Both the position numbers and the translations under genes were made by a program. A stretch of DNA of 64,000 nucleotides from Hemiscyllium ocellatum (taxonomy: Eukaryota): NCBI RefSeq assembly GCF_020745735.1, contig NC_083417.1, positions 72,478,001-72,542,000 on the forward strand, written 5' to 3'. The notes beneath the pieces were generated by a model, which was not told where the DNA came from, ran no database searches, and was given only the letters and a program-made list of their open reading frames with translations. This document shows, in pieces, positions 51,975-63,730 of the stretch (positions are counted from its first letter, which is position 1; each line of letters begins with the position of its first letter).

Positions 51975-53340
51975 AGTATGACAGCCTTGTGTGACCAGTA
52001 AAGAGACCAGAGGGTAACCTGCGAATGACAATGGATGACTAACGGTTAAACCAACACACACCACCATTTGCATTTACTCTCCCAGACATTGTAACATTAC
52101 TGGAGCAGCTGTCATTGGGAGCGGCATGCCATAATCAACCGAGCTAATGCTTTATTCTTCTTGGTGAGAATTCACAGAATCAGTTTGCTTTCACATGGGA
52201 GGATACAGAGTTTTTGGTTTGTAGGTTGTGCACGGCAATTTGCTCAGTCCAAACCTCTGCCATAACTTAACAGCCTTGGATCTGGAGACGTTCTCTCTCT
52301 CTAGTGATATAACCAGTCCTTTATACTGATGATATATTGCTACATGACCTATGAGAGGAGGTAGGAGCCAAAGAGATAGCTACTTGACTCAGCATCTACG
52401 GATTAGAGTCTGGAAAAATAATCTTAAGAAAATCTAAGGACCAAGCCAGTGAGTGATTTTGCTGAGAACACAATGGGCCGAGGAGACCATCTTACTTATG
52501 ACAAAGTAAGAAATAAAATCAGTGAGGTGCAAGCCCGGTTCACTAAATAAATTACCCAAGGCTTTGTGGAGATGTTAGGTTCTTAAAGAAGGCACGTCTC
52601 TCACTTATCCTAATTACACTTCAGCACAGAACTGGTTTCTTACTGTGACGTCAGGGCACAGCGACTCAGGGAGATGTTCCCTTGGACAGTGGCTTATATG
52701 TGAGTTATTAGCTGACCTGCAAAACTGCTACCAAGATAAAAGGGAGTAAACCATATTAAGGATTATAATGATGAACCATGGATACAGGTCCATTGAATGC
52801 CACACCATTACCCAATCATCAGCAGTTGTATGACAACTATACCCAAATTATATGTTCGAATAGCTTACCTTCCCATTGCCACTCTTTAGATGCACCAGTC
52901 TCATCACAGAGGCGGGGCAGCAGAGATGTGCTCTTCTCTATTCTAGGTTGAGCAAAGGCACGAATATGTGCATTAATTTCCATGTTTATTGAGACTCAGC
53001 AAACCATAATTGCTAAAGCTGGGCAACAACTGAACTATTTGTTGCATGAATCAAATCCTTAGCTTATAAAGATTTAGCAAATTGACATTTGACTGACATG
53101 GCTTGAAAGTTTGTTAATAACACTATTTGGGAAATTATCACACCTAGATGAATCTTGGTGCTGAAGCTAACTGAATATATTGTAGTCTGCCCTAACTGTA
53201 TAGTTTGGAGCAGTGTTGTCAAGTAAACAGTGCATTGCTATCCGCACACTTGTCTTGGAAAGAATTATTTCATCTCACCATTACTACCTTAACACTTATG
53301 CCTGACTTATTAAAGAGTAATTGCAATGCCACAGCATGAA
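51975..53340 (+). mobile_element. pol: Endogenous retrovirus pol remnant (RT to integrase), ERV-L-like
   Basis: Interrupted frames: SLV*PVKRPEGNLRMTMDD*RLNQHTPPFAFTLPDIVTLLEQL, QFAFTWE, SPNLCHNLTALDL, LYTDDILL (52322), KKI*GPSQ*V. An integrase-like H/Y/LI remnant lies near 53280. Confidence 0.85.
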
Positions 53341-53624
53341 TACCACTTTTTTTTTAATTTTAAGTAGTACATACCTGGAGTTATGGTTCCCGTTTAGTAC
53401 TCTACATCATCTATTTGGGGAATTGCAGAGGACATCCTTGCTTTATGGCAAATGGTTGGGTAACAGCAATTAGACTCAGTTGGAACAATAGCCAGAATGC
53501 CTAGTATACCCCTTATATTCTATGACCTTTGAATCATGAGTTTTGCAGTGTAGCAGAGGTACCTGCACAGGGAGGAAGTTACCCCTCAATGATACAATGT
53601 ACATAAAATTGGCCTGAACCCCAT

Positions 53625-53933
53625 ATGTGTTTATCCATCGCTCACATTGTCCACCTTAATAGTAAGAGAGAGGAACCACCCGCCAACCCATTTAGGGACA
53701 CTTTATACGTTATCTACGATGAAATTAAGTATAAACACAACATAATCAAAGAATGGGACAAGATAACTATGCATTGCCCGACTAATCGATTGAGTAGGTT
53801 TTCTCCAGAAGCGATATTTAAGAAATTTCAGGCTTTCCTTGCACAGCAGCAGCAGATTCTTTCTCATTTGGCAACAATACACCATGGTTTCTTATGGCAA
53901 GAAACGGCCATTGCTTACAACCATGATCAATAG
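53625..53933 (+). mobile_element. Candidate env-position ORF of the ERV
   Basis: 102-aa ORF directly downstream of the integrase remnant, with RLSR|FS and a following helical QQQQILSHLATIHHG stretch. The identity is inferred from position only. Confidence 0.35.
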
Positions 53934-54779
53934 ATTGGCAAAGCAGACAATGTAGGAACCCTTCCTCTGCATGATTGGTGGGTTATATTTAAAGGAGTGA
54001 TCATCAAAAGCTTCAGCAGTACTCTCAGTTTTATGGTCTCCAATTGTTAAATGAATGATAATTGCTTCTCGTTTTTATGTATTTGTGTAAAGGACTGTGA
54101 ACTATATCGCATGTATAACCAACTTGTAGCTATATAGCAGTATGCGCATGTTTGGATAAGGCTTTGACAATCTATTTTGAAGGTATCAATATGTGCAGTG
54201 TGGTCTAAAAAATGGTTCATCTAAACTAAACCATTCAGGGTTTAATGTCGAAGGATTAATTGAACATGAAAATCAACAATTGAAGACAAGTGGAAAATGA
54301 TGTCAAAACAGTTTTCTTTGGCTGGAAGGTCACTTCATGGACTTGGCTGGGTGGGGAAGAGAATATTGTGCAGTTAAAAATAAGCCGCCTTTACGATTAT
54401 TTTCAGCATGTTTTCTCCCTAGTGGAAAACTGGGAAAAGTATTGGAAAGACTTTGAAATGCTGATATAGCATGTAACAGTAGATCCAATATAGTATTCAT
54501 ATCGAGAATTTATCCCATTCAGTGAACTTTCACCATTGGGCTGGAGTTCGTGAAACTGGCACCGTGGAATCTGAGGTAAAGCTCCAAGTGTTGCCATCGC
54601 CAAACTCCCCAATGAGCAGAAAGACAGTATGAGAATCATTTTGTTTAACATATACCTGAGTTACCATTTAACATTTATACGTGTCCATAATTTTAAGTGT
54701 CAATTATTAATTCATACATGTATGAAGTATTAAACAGATAAATTATCTGAACAAGGAGTACAAGTCTTCTTGTAGCCAG

Positions 54780-55280
54780 TTCAATCAGATTTAAAACAGT
54801 CCGTTAGGTACTTTCAGCCTAACAATGCGGAAAGGTTTGTTTGCACTGGGGCGATTCACCAGGTTGCTGTCTGGACCACAGCATTTCAGCTATGAAAAGT
54901 TTGGAGAAGCTTAATTGTTTTCTTTGGAACAAAAACGGTTCAGGGGAGCCCTGACTGAGCTGTATATCAGTATGAAGGCACAGACAGGGTGGATTAAAAA
55001 CAACTGCTCTCTTTAGGTGAAGGATGAACGATGAGAGGTCATAGTTTTTTATAAGGAAAAGGTTTAGAGTGAAATTGAGGATTGATTTTTCTCCGAGAGT
55101 GTGTTGGGTATCTGGAATACACTGTCTGAGGGGGTAAAAGACCTGGTAAAATGTACATGGTTGATTACTTAAAATGTTACAACATTCAAGACGGTCAGAC
55201 AAATGCTGGAAAATATGATTATTGTAAATTGTCGGGCTGCACTCAATGGACCGAAGTGTCTCTTCCTGCTGTATAAACTG
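54780..55280 (+). mobile_element. CR1 3' fragment
   Basis: Degenerate LER.QRRFTR...WNTL motifs. Confidence 0.7.
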
Positions 55281-55364
55281 ATGTTATTCCTCTCCAACTC
55301 CTTGCCCCTATGTAATATTTCCAGTTGTTGAATTTAACCTTGTCTTCAATAGTGAATTTCAACA

Positions 55365-55525
55365 TTATGTCCTTAATCTCAACGATGGGAACTCGCGGTG
55401 ATGAATATCCACTGTTAGACGTCTCCCACGTGATAATATGCCACACAAATTCTTAATAAGACGAAGAAAGGAAATCTTTAACCACACAACATTTCAAATT
55501 TTGGGATTGATATAATGCGAGGTAA
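55365..55525 (-). pseudogene. Pseudogene B: candidate TM exon with Lys and short tail
   Basis: 85-bp intron after C1, ccgtcag|TT phase 1. Reads TSHYINPKI*NVVWLKISFLRLIKNLCGILSRGRR...LRLRT*. Degenerate, with one stop. Confidence 0.4.
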
Positions 55526-55610
55526 CTGACGGTTGTAATTACTTTGCACTTGTTTGTCCTTTTTAAGCAATATCGGAAAGATTCCCGTACAACGTGCCAT
55601 GGAACCTTAC

Positions 55611-55952
55611 CTTCATTCAGAACAGTGTCGCTGGCATTTGCTGGAAATGAACTCGAAACATGATATTCTTGACATGTATAGACGATGTCATTCCCGGGTG
55701 ACTTTGGCATGTCCAAGGAGCTGACGACTTTATAAAGACCCTCGCCGGTTGCCTGTTTTACGTTTCTAAACCCAGTGAAGATTTGTGTACCGTCTCTGTG
55801 CCAAGTCAGGTTATAGTCTTCTGGATAAAAGCCAGATGTCCTGCATTGTAATTTGGAAGAAGCAGGCGGAGTGTGCGGGCATTGGACTTCTACTCTAATA
55901 TTTAAAAGGTTTGCTTAACGATCCAAGAGATTTATTTCTGGGTAGGCCGGTG
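55611..55952 (-). pseudogene. Pseudogene B: C1-set exon with in-frame stop
   Basis: APAYPEINLLDR*...KLQCRTSGFYPEDYNLTWHRDG...EGLYKVVSSL...VYTCQEYH, donor G|GTAAGG. The expected acceptor AG is missing (tttgtg|CA). Confidence 0.85.
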
Positions 55953-56241
55953 CACAAATCGTCATTATTTATACTGGGAGGGATTGCTATTGCTTTTACC
56001 ATGTAGCGACCTCCTTATGGAATTGATGCATCATCTGTAGATGGGGTGCTACCTTCTGACCATATTAATTAACACAAATCTGTTTGAGTTGCCATACTGC
56101 AACCTGCTCGCAATGACCAGTTTGGGAACTGGATCATAGAAAACGAGACTGCTGGAGTACCAACGAGGGGAATAGGAATTTGGCTTTTCAAAGCAGAAAA
56201 CAACATGACATTTAAAATGTTTAATATTGCCGACAACTTAC

Positions 56242-56444
56242 CCTGTTACCCCATGCTTAAACTGTCAAACCTACTTCACGTAGAAGTCTTGCATTAACTT
56301 TGTATTCAACACAAATTTCAATACCATTTGCTGACACAGTGCAGTTGCCGCACTGTGTTGTGCCACTGGTGGTGCCTTTTAACCAAGTTATTAAGCATGT
56401 CATCCCAAAGAAGTGAACGATTTTGTATGCACTGCATTTTTTCT
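56242..56444 (-). pseudogene. Pseudogene B: Cys-containing exon X between V and C1
   Basis: The 75-bp upstream intron has a TACTAAT branch site and cttttcag|AG acceptor. Reads EKKCSAYKIVHFFGMTCLITWLKGTTSGTTQCGNCTVSANGIEICVEYKVNARLLREVGLTV*, with a strong G|GTAAGT donor at 56241. Confidence 0.6.
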
Positions 56445-56519
56445 CTGAAAAGTAGCTGCCCACGCAAATTCACTGTTCATTAGTACGAAGGCTTAACGTT
56501 TAACTGTGGTGACACTAAC

Positions 56520-56788
56520 CGTAGTCAACAAGTTGCGCAGCGGGTTTGTGAGAAACCATTTGATGCTGATATTTGACTATACAGTAATATGTTCCAGCGT
56601 CCATGACAGTCACATTGAAGAGATTACTTCCTCCAGAAGCATCCTGTTACCTTCCCTCGACCAGAAAACATTGATGTTTGAATGGTTGAGTTCAAAAGGG
56701 AAGGGGCATCGCATGATAACTCTTGGAGTAATCAGGGTCTTTATTTGCAGAATATCCGGAGTGACATTGTCCGACGTGCACACCACAA
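56520..56788 (-). pseudogene. Pseudogene B: frameshifted VJ-type V exon
   Basis: aatag|TT to G|GTTAGT, 269 nt (not 3n). Reads RVIMRCPFPFELNHSNINVFWSREG...(fs)NLFNVTVMDAGTYYCIVKYQHQ...AQLVDY. Paralogous to the pseudogene A V exon. Confidence 0.85.
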
Positions 56789-56961
56789 CTATTAACAAAA
56801 GCTAAATACACAGATTTGGCAGGGAGAATGGCTCACACCATGAAGTAATATAATTAATTCAGTACACTCGTTCAGCAGGAATTTAGCATGCCTTGCTGTT
56901 TTAATCCTGCTCCACGATCTGAATTTCTGTCCTAGCTGAATTATCACAAATCTGTTTTCAC

Positions 56962-57007
56962 TTAACCACAGTATTCTTAAGACAAGGAACATTGACGTGA
57001 AAAGCAT
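56962..57007 (-). pseudogene. Pseudogene B: leader exon
   Basis: MLFTSMFLVLRILWL then A|GTGAAA, phase 1. The 173-bp intron is similar to the 181 bp in gene C, and splicing gives the signal-like MLFTSMFLVLRILWLIVVCTS. Confidence 0.6.
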
Positions 57008-57454
57008 ACAAACAAAACTGCCTGGTTAGCAAATAACAGTTCAATCATTCTTCCATCTTATAAAGAACACTTCAAACACTGCACGAAGGAGCATGTTCCA
57101 GGATATTAAATGCACAAAAACCGTATGTGCCACAGTGATCCGTTTACAAACATAGCAACAACGCCAGCCTGACAGATCATACATTGGAATAAAAAGAGAA
57201 CTGATGAACATTTGTTGGAACGTCAGTTAAGAGTCAATATTAATCACTTGCATCAAAAGAAGTCAAGAAGAACGTGGCTAATTCCTTGCCAAGTGGACAA
57301 CATGCATGCGTTTTCAAATAGGATCTTGCTGTGGTAATGGTGAGCGGAAATGCTAACACGGACAGACAACTGCGGTTATAGGAAAAATCGGGGCCTCGAT
57401 GGTGAAACTACTGTCAGCGTCCGTGTGCACTCACATGACCCACCAAATTTAGGT

Positions 57455-57600
57455 ACAATATCGGCTGGACCTCCACAAAACCCCATTGCTTGTTGTTCTT
57501 TTACCAGTGTCCACACAGCAATAATATACACTAATTTCTTTGAGAATATTTTTCTCAGAATTGCAATATCCAGAATTTCAATTCAGCTGCAGGATACAAC
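57455..57600 (-). pseudogene. Possible C-terminal fragment of another V exon
   Basis: NILKEISVYYCCVDTGKRTTSNG resembles gene C NVSFQDSGVYYCSVKKGPGMRSNG. The upstream part is interrupted by a SINE. Confidence 0.35.
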
Positions 57601-57629
57601 AAAAGCCATTTCAAAGAACAACCATGCTT

Positions 57630-57850
57630 CGCTTGGCACGGTGGCTCAGTGGTTAGCACTGTTCAAGATGGTGACAGTGTGGACTGTGCACATTCTGCCT
57701 GTCTGGGTGGATTTTTGCTGTGTCTTCCGGTTTCCTCCTGCCATCCAAACATGTGCAAGCACGTCGATTGACCATTGTGCGTAGTGTCCAGAAATATGCA
57801 GGCAAAATGGGTTAGCCCTGGAAATGCGGGGTTGCACTTTGGTGGTGTAA
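57630..57850 (+). mobile_element. HE1-like SINE fragment
   Basis: ggcacggtggctcagtggttagcactg head. Confidence 0.7.
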
Positions 57851-58919
57851 GGACGGCCCATATTTGAAAGACACAAATTGCCGATAAGGGTGAGATAGAA
57901 TGAGACAGCCTGCTCCATCAGTAAAACACAAAATGGCCGACAAGACAAAAACAAATGAAACAGCCTACTCCAGCGTCGAAGTGAAACATAATGGTACCTT
58001 TTGAACAGAGCTACACCAAGTCATCAAAGGGCACTACAAGCCACCATCCGATACAGTTTGGAAAGAGGATGCCTCAGGATAAACAAGTAATTGATTTCAG
58101 CCTCATTAATGAAAGGTTGTTATCCCGTTAAGTGAACAGCATCAGTTAGAACAAGGGGTTAAAAGCTCAGCCCACGAACCAGCCAGCCTAACTCAAGAAG
58201 CAGCTGTGAAAACAATGGCTAAAGTTATGTTGAAGTTATTTCTTTGAAGTTGCTCACAGTATTAAGAAATAGTTTCTGGTTAAAATTCATCAGATAATCA
58301 TTGGGGTAGATTTCAATATAAGAAAGATCCACTTATAACAAAAGTACAATAGAAGCATTAGGGGAAAGACATTTAAACATAGTTGTGAAAATTAATTAGT
58401 CTCAGGAAATGTTTTCTCCTATTTCTAAAAATAGATGCCTGGTGTTCCTTGAACAAAACAGACGTTGCAACTTGTTAATCAAAAATGCTAACAGTGTTAA
58501 CTTTACACTGTATAACTATCTTCATACCAGAAATTAATATTACGAATCTTATAACAGTTAGTTAAAACCAACTGTCCTCTGTATTTTTAATATATAACCG
58601 GGACAGTGTGAAATATAATGAATAACAGCATGCAAGTAGACCTATGAGATAGCAAGTTTGGGACAGACCAGGAGTATAATCAGTAACTAATTAATCAGAT
58701 GTTTAGAAAGATCCCAATGCCTGGAACATTGTCATTTTAGAGTAGAATTCCTGCAGTGCAGAAAGTGACCGTTCGGTCCATCGAGTTCGCACCAACCCTC
58801 TGAAAAGCATCTCAACGAACATCCAGGATGAATAATCATGAAAGTAAATGCATGATATATATTAGTTATATAATAAATACTGGTATATTTCAAATATTAA
58901 TTAAATTGCGTCTGCCTTT

Positions 58920-59260
58920 GAATCATGGAATCCTTACAGTGCAGTGAGAGGCCCTTTAGCACATCAGGTCTCCACTGACCCTCCGCACTGACCCACGAAG
59001 GGCATCCCACCCAATCCATAACCTCATATTTACCACGGCCCACCCATCTATCCTGCACACGACAGGCAACTAAGCATTACCAATCTACCAAGCCTGCATA
59101 TCATTGAACTGCGGGAGGAAACCAGAGCACCCATAGGAACCCCAAGCAAACACTGGGAAAATGTTAAACTCCACAAGAAGTCGTCCGAGACAGAAATCGA
59201 ACTGGAGACCCCACTGCTATGAGGCAAGTGCGGCACCACGCCACCCAATTGGAACCTGGT
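58920..59260 (-). mobile_element. HE1-like SINE
   Basis: gggaggaaaccagagcacccataggaaccc core. Confidence 0.7.
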
Positions 59261-59684
59261 GATGGCGTCACTAAATGAACTGGTAGCATTATTTATTGAG
59301 AATGGAAATGTAGTAGGGAACCCAAATCTAATCAAAGGAAAACACAGAATTGTTGCAGATGATTTGACAACTATTGGTGTGTAACTTCATTAGAAGGCAT
59401 GGAAGCGGCTAAGCATTGGCGAATATGTAAGGAACAAATGCAGTGCATCACTAAAACATCTATATCTGGCACAAAACATTTATCAGAAAAGCTGCAACAA
59501 CAATGGTTGGTATTACATAATGCATGCCTTTGGAGGAAATGGGACTTGAACCCAGTCTTCTTGGCTCAAAAGTAGGACACTACGACAATGAGGCGAAAGT
59601 GAGGACGGCAAATGGTGGAGCTGAGAGTTGAGAGGGTTGTGCTGGAAATGCACAGCAGGTCAGGCAGCATCCGAGGTGCAGAAA

Positions 59685-59719
59685 AATCGTCGTTTCGGGC
59701 AAAAGCCCTTCATCAGGCT
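59685..59719 (-). ncRNA. Hammerhead motif (second family), cleavage site mutated
   Basis: CTGATGA-A-GGGC(tttt)GCCC-GAA-ACGA-C. U16.1 is replaced by A. It lies within a Penelope-type tail at 59595-59720. Confidence 0.55.
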
Positions 59720-60369
59720 ACTTTCCCAATAAAAACGTGAGATGACATGAAGTTAACGTGGTTATCCAAAGGGGAGTGGAGTCAACTACTATTAATCCAC
59801 TTAGTCCTAATTGATGACGAAAGATACAGTCCGCATTAAATGAAATTTTAAAATATCAGGATTTCATGAGAATATGGTTTAGATAGAAACCGTTATCTAT
59901 GAATGAAGAGACATATTGACAACTGGTTGGTTCAAATCTTCCCCTGGGCTATAAATAACAGATAGTGCTTGTGTACAGAATGGTCCCAATGACAACCATC
60001 GACGAAACCTGCAATTTGTATCTACTGAGATTGGTGAAAATACTTGGGTATTCACCAGAATATGCACCAACTCAATCTACCACATTTGAGTGGACAGCAC
60101 TTGTCTCAAACATTTTTCTCCATCAGGGAAGCTGCTACAAAACAATGGTCATCTTTACATAAGGCATAAATGATATGATAACAGTGGCATCCTTCCAAAG
60201 AATTGTGAGCGAGAAGTCGGTCATTGGTCACAGCCAGCTGTACCGTGGTGTCTGTGCCGTTGTGATTGACCAGAACCATATTAGGGATAATGATCTTGTG
60301 GCTGGCATTAGGGAGCGTTTTAAACTAAATAGTGGAGACAATGGATTATATGTAGAAAGTCATGGTCGA

Positions 60370-62920
60370 ACAAAGAGCAAAGATGTCGTCAATCAAAGGA
60401 GAAATCATGCATGGCAAATCTGTTGGATTTCGATGAAGTTGGAATCAGTACAGTTGACAAGGGGGAGCCTGTCGATGCGTATATTTGGACCTTCAGAAAG
60501 TGTTTGACAATGACTTGCATAAGAGATTATTGTGCAAGTTTGAAGTGCATGGGATTGAGGCAGTGTAATGTGATGATTATAAAACTGGTTGGCTGAGAGG
60601 GAACAGCAAGTAGGAATTAATGGGTCATTCTTGCATTGGCAGGAAAACTGGGGTGCCACAGAAATAGGTGCTGGGACCCTAGCTATTGACAATATATACT
60701 GATGATTGGATGAGGGAACAAAAGGTAATATCTCAATGTTTGCAGGTGATACCAAGTTGGGTGGAAGGGTGAATTGTAATGAGGATGCAGAGATCCTTCA
60801 GAATGACCTCGACAGGTTCAGTGAGAGGGCAAATCAATGGTAGATGCAGTATAATTTGGATAAATGTGAACTTATTCACTTTGAAAGCAATAACACGAAG
60901 GCAGATGGCTACGTGAATTGTTGTAAGTTGCGGAGGGCAGTGTGCAGCAGGACTTTGTGCATCAGTCGCTGAAAGTTAGCATGTCGTGCATTCAGTGGTA
61001 AAGTTACTGGAAAATAGTATGTTGGCCTTGACTGTGAGTGGTTTTGAGTGCAGGAGCAGGGATGTGTTGTTGCAATTATACAGGGAATTGATGATGCCAC
61101 AACTAGAATAGTGTGTGCAAGTTTGATCTCCTTCTCATAGGGTCCTAGGGTCATAGAGATGTACAGCATGGAAACAGACCCTTCAGCCAAACTCGTCCAT
61201 GCTGACCAGGTATCCCAACCCAATCTAGTTCCACCTGCCAGCACCCGGCCCATATCCCTCCAAACCCTTCCTATTCATATGCACATTCAAATGCCTCTTA
61301 AATGTTACAGTTGTACAAGCCTCCTCTGGCAGCTAATTCCATTAATGTACCACCCTCTGCGTGAAAAAGATGCCCCTTAGGTCTCTTTTATGTCTTTCCC
61401 CTCTCACCCTAAACCTATGCCGTTTAGTTCTGGACTCCCCGACCCCAGAGAAAATACTTTGACTATTTATCCTATCAATGCTCCTCATAATTTTGTAAAC
61501 CTCTATAAGGTCTCCCCTCAGCCTCCGACGCTCCAGGTAAAACAGTCCCATCCTGTTCAGCCTCTCCCTAGAGCACAAATCCTCAAACCCTGGCAACATC
61601 CTTGTCAATTCTTTCTGAACCCTTTCAAGTTTGCAACATCTTTCCGATTGAAAGGAGACCAGAATTGCATGCAACATGCCAACAGTGACCTAACCAATGT
61701 CATGTACAGCCGCAACATGACCTCCCAACTCCTGTACTCAATACTCTGACCAATAAAAGAAAGCATACCAAACGCCTTCGGCACTATCCTATCTACCTGG
61801 ACTCCACTTTCAAGGAGCTATGAACCTGCACTCCAAGTTCTCTTTGTTCAGCAATACTCCCTAAGACCTTGCCATTAAGTGTATAAGTCCTGCTAAAATT
61901 TGCTTATCAAAATGCATCACCTCGCATTTATCTGAATTAAACTCCATCTGCCACTTCTCAGCCCATTTGCTCATCTGGTCAAGATCCTAATGTAATCTGA
62001 GGTAACCCTCTTCGCTGTCCACTACACCTCCAATTTTGGTGTCATCAGCAAACTTACTAACTGTACCTCTTATGTTCGCATCCAATCCATGTATGTAAAT
62101 GACCAAAGGTAGAGCGCCCAGCACCGATCCTTGTGGCACTCCACTGGTTACAGGCTTCGAGTCTGAAAAACAACCCTCCACCACTACCCTCTGTCTTCTA
62201 CCTTTGAGCCAGTTCTGTATCCAAATGGATAGTTCTCCCTGTATTCCATGAGACCTAAGCTTGCTAATCAGTCTCCCATGGGGAACCTTGTCGAACACCT
62301 TACTGAATTCCATATAGATCACATCAACTGCTCTGCACTCATCAATCCTCTTTGTTACTTCTTCAAAAAACTCAATCAACTTTGTGAGACACGATTTCCC
62401 ACGCACAAAGCCATGTTGACTAACCCTAATCAGTCCTTGCCTTCCAAATACAAGTACATCCTGTCCCTCAAGATTTCCTCCAACAACTTGCCCACCACCG
62501 AGGTCAGGCTCACTGGTCTATAGTTCCCTGGTTTGTCTTTACCACCCTTCTCTTTCTCTTGAGGGAGAGCAGCGAAGGGTTACCAGACTGATTCCAGGGA
62601 TGACAGGACTGGAAGAGGAGAGATTGATTAACTGAGGATGGTTTTCGCTGGGGTTCAACTGAATGAGGTGGATATAATTGACACTTACAAAGTTCTAACA
62701 TGACAAGACAAGGGTAGATGCAGGAAGACATTCTTGATGGTGGGTGTGTCCAGGACCAGGTTTCACAGACTGAGGATTCGTGGGTGGACCATTTAGGACA
62801 GAGACGAAGAGAAGTTTCTTCCTGCAAAGGGTTGTGAGCCTGTCGAATTCATTACCATTGGATGTACTGGATGCAATAACATTGAAAGTATTCAAGAGGC
62901 GGCAATTATTACAAAGTAAA
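60370..62920. mobile_element. CR1 cluster: + (60370-61140), - (61145-62530), + (62560-62920)
   Basis: ORF 61987-62406 contains EFSKVFDKVPH, GVPQGSVLG and SKFADDTK. ORF 61342-61677 contains LERVQK.LTRMLPG. Confidence 0.9.
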
Positions 62921-63099
62921 AAGTGCATATGTCCACTTGAAGATAAGAAGCGTTTTCTGAATTGTAAAGTTAATTTTAGTACATCCATGGCTGCCAGAAA
63001 AGAACAGCTAAGAGATAGGCTGTTCCAAAATAGATACATGTTCCAAATGGCTGTTAAATTGATCCCTGAGTTTTGGTTGCCGTTTTGATAACAATTTAA

Positions 63100-63730
63100 A
63101 TTTAACCAAGTAACTTAAATTATGTCCAGTATACTGAAACCCAGTTGAGTTTGAATTTATTGTATTGACAACAGTGGGCCAATGACAGGGAATGATATTG
63201 AGGGTATAAAGGTCACCAGTATATTGAAAATTGGCCAGAGCAACTGTTGTAGAACCGAAGAGCAAAGGCCACCTGAAGATATAAGCATTTTGCTCTCAAG
63301 GAAATTTCAGAAGGCACTACGTACCAAAAGGTACCTTTTGCTGTGAGAATAATCATAGTAAAAGGAAAGAAGAAGACCCAGGGAGAAGACAGCAGAATCA
63401 GAAGACCAGAAAGAAGACAGCATTACAGACAGTGTGGACTTGAGATTAAGCTAATGTAATGTTTAACAATTGTGTTATTGGAGCAATATTTTTGCAGTGT
63501 TGGAGTTGGATGGTGATTAGGTAGGAAAAAAAAAAGAATTTGGATTTGTGAATAGTTTTTGTTTAGTGCTTACGAATATTGTTAGGGAAATAAATTATTA
63601 TATTCTTTAAGTAGTGAAAATTAGGGGTTCTCTTTCACTTATTTGCACATTTTAACAGATTTTGAGTTGAGGTGAGCTTTTCTGGTGTTTGGTTTTAATT
63701 AACAGAGGGCTTGACCTCCATGTCATCACA
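63100..63730 (+). mobile_element. Possible solo LTR
   Basis: Non-coding, with an AATAAA-like signal at 63590 and an end ccatgtcatcaca resembling LTR 3' ends. The left end and TSD were not resolved. Confidence 0.3.
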
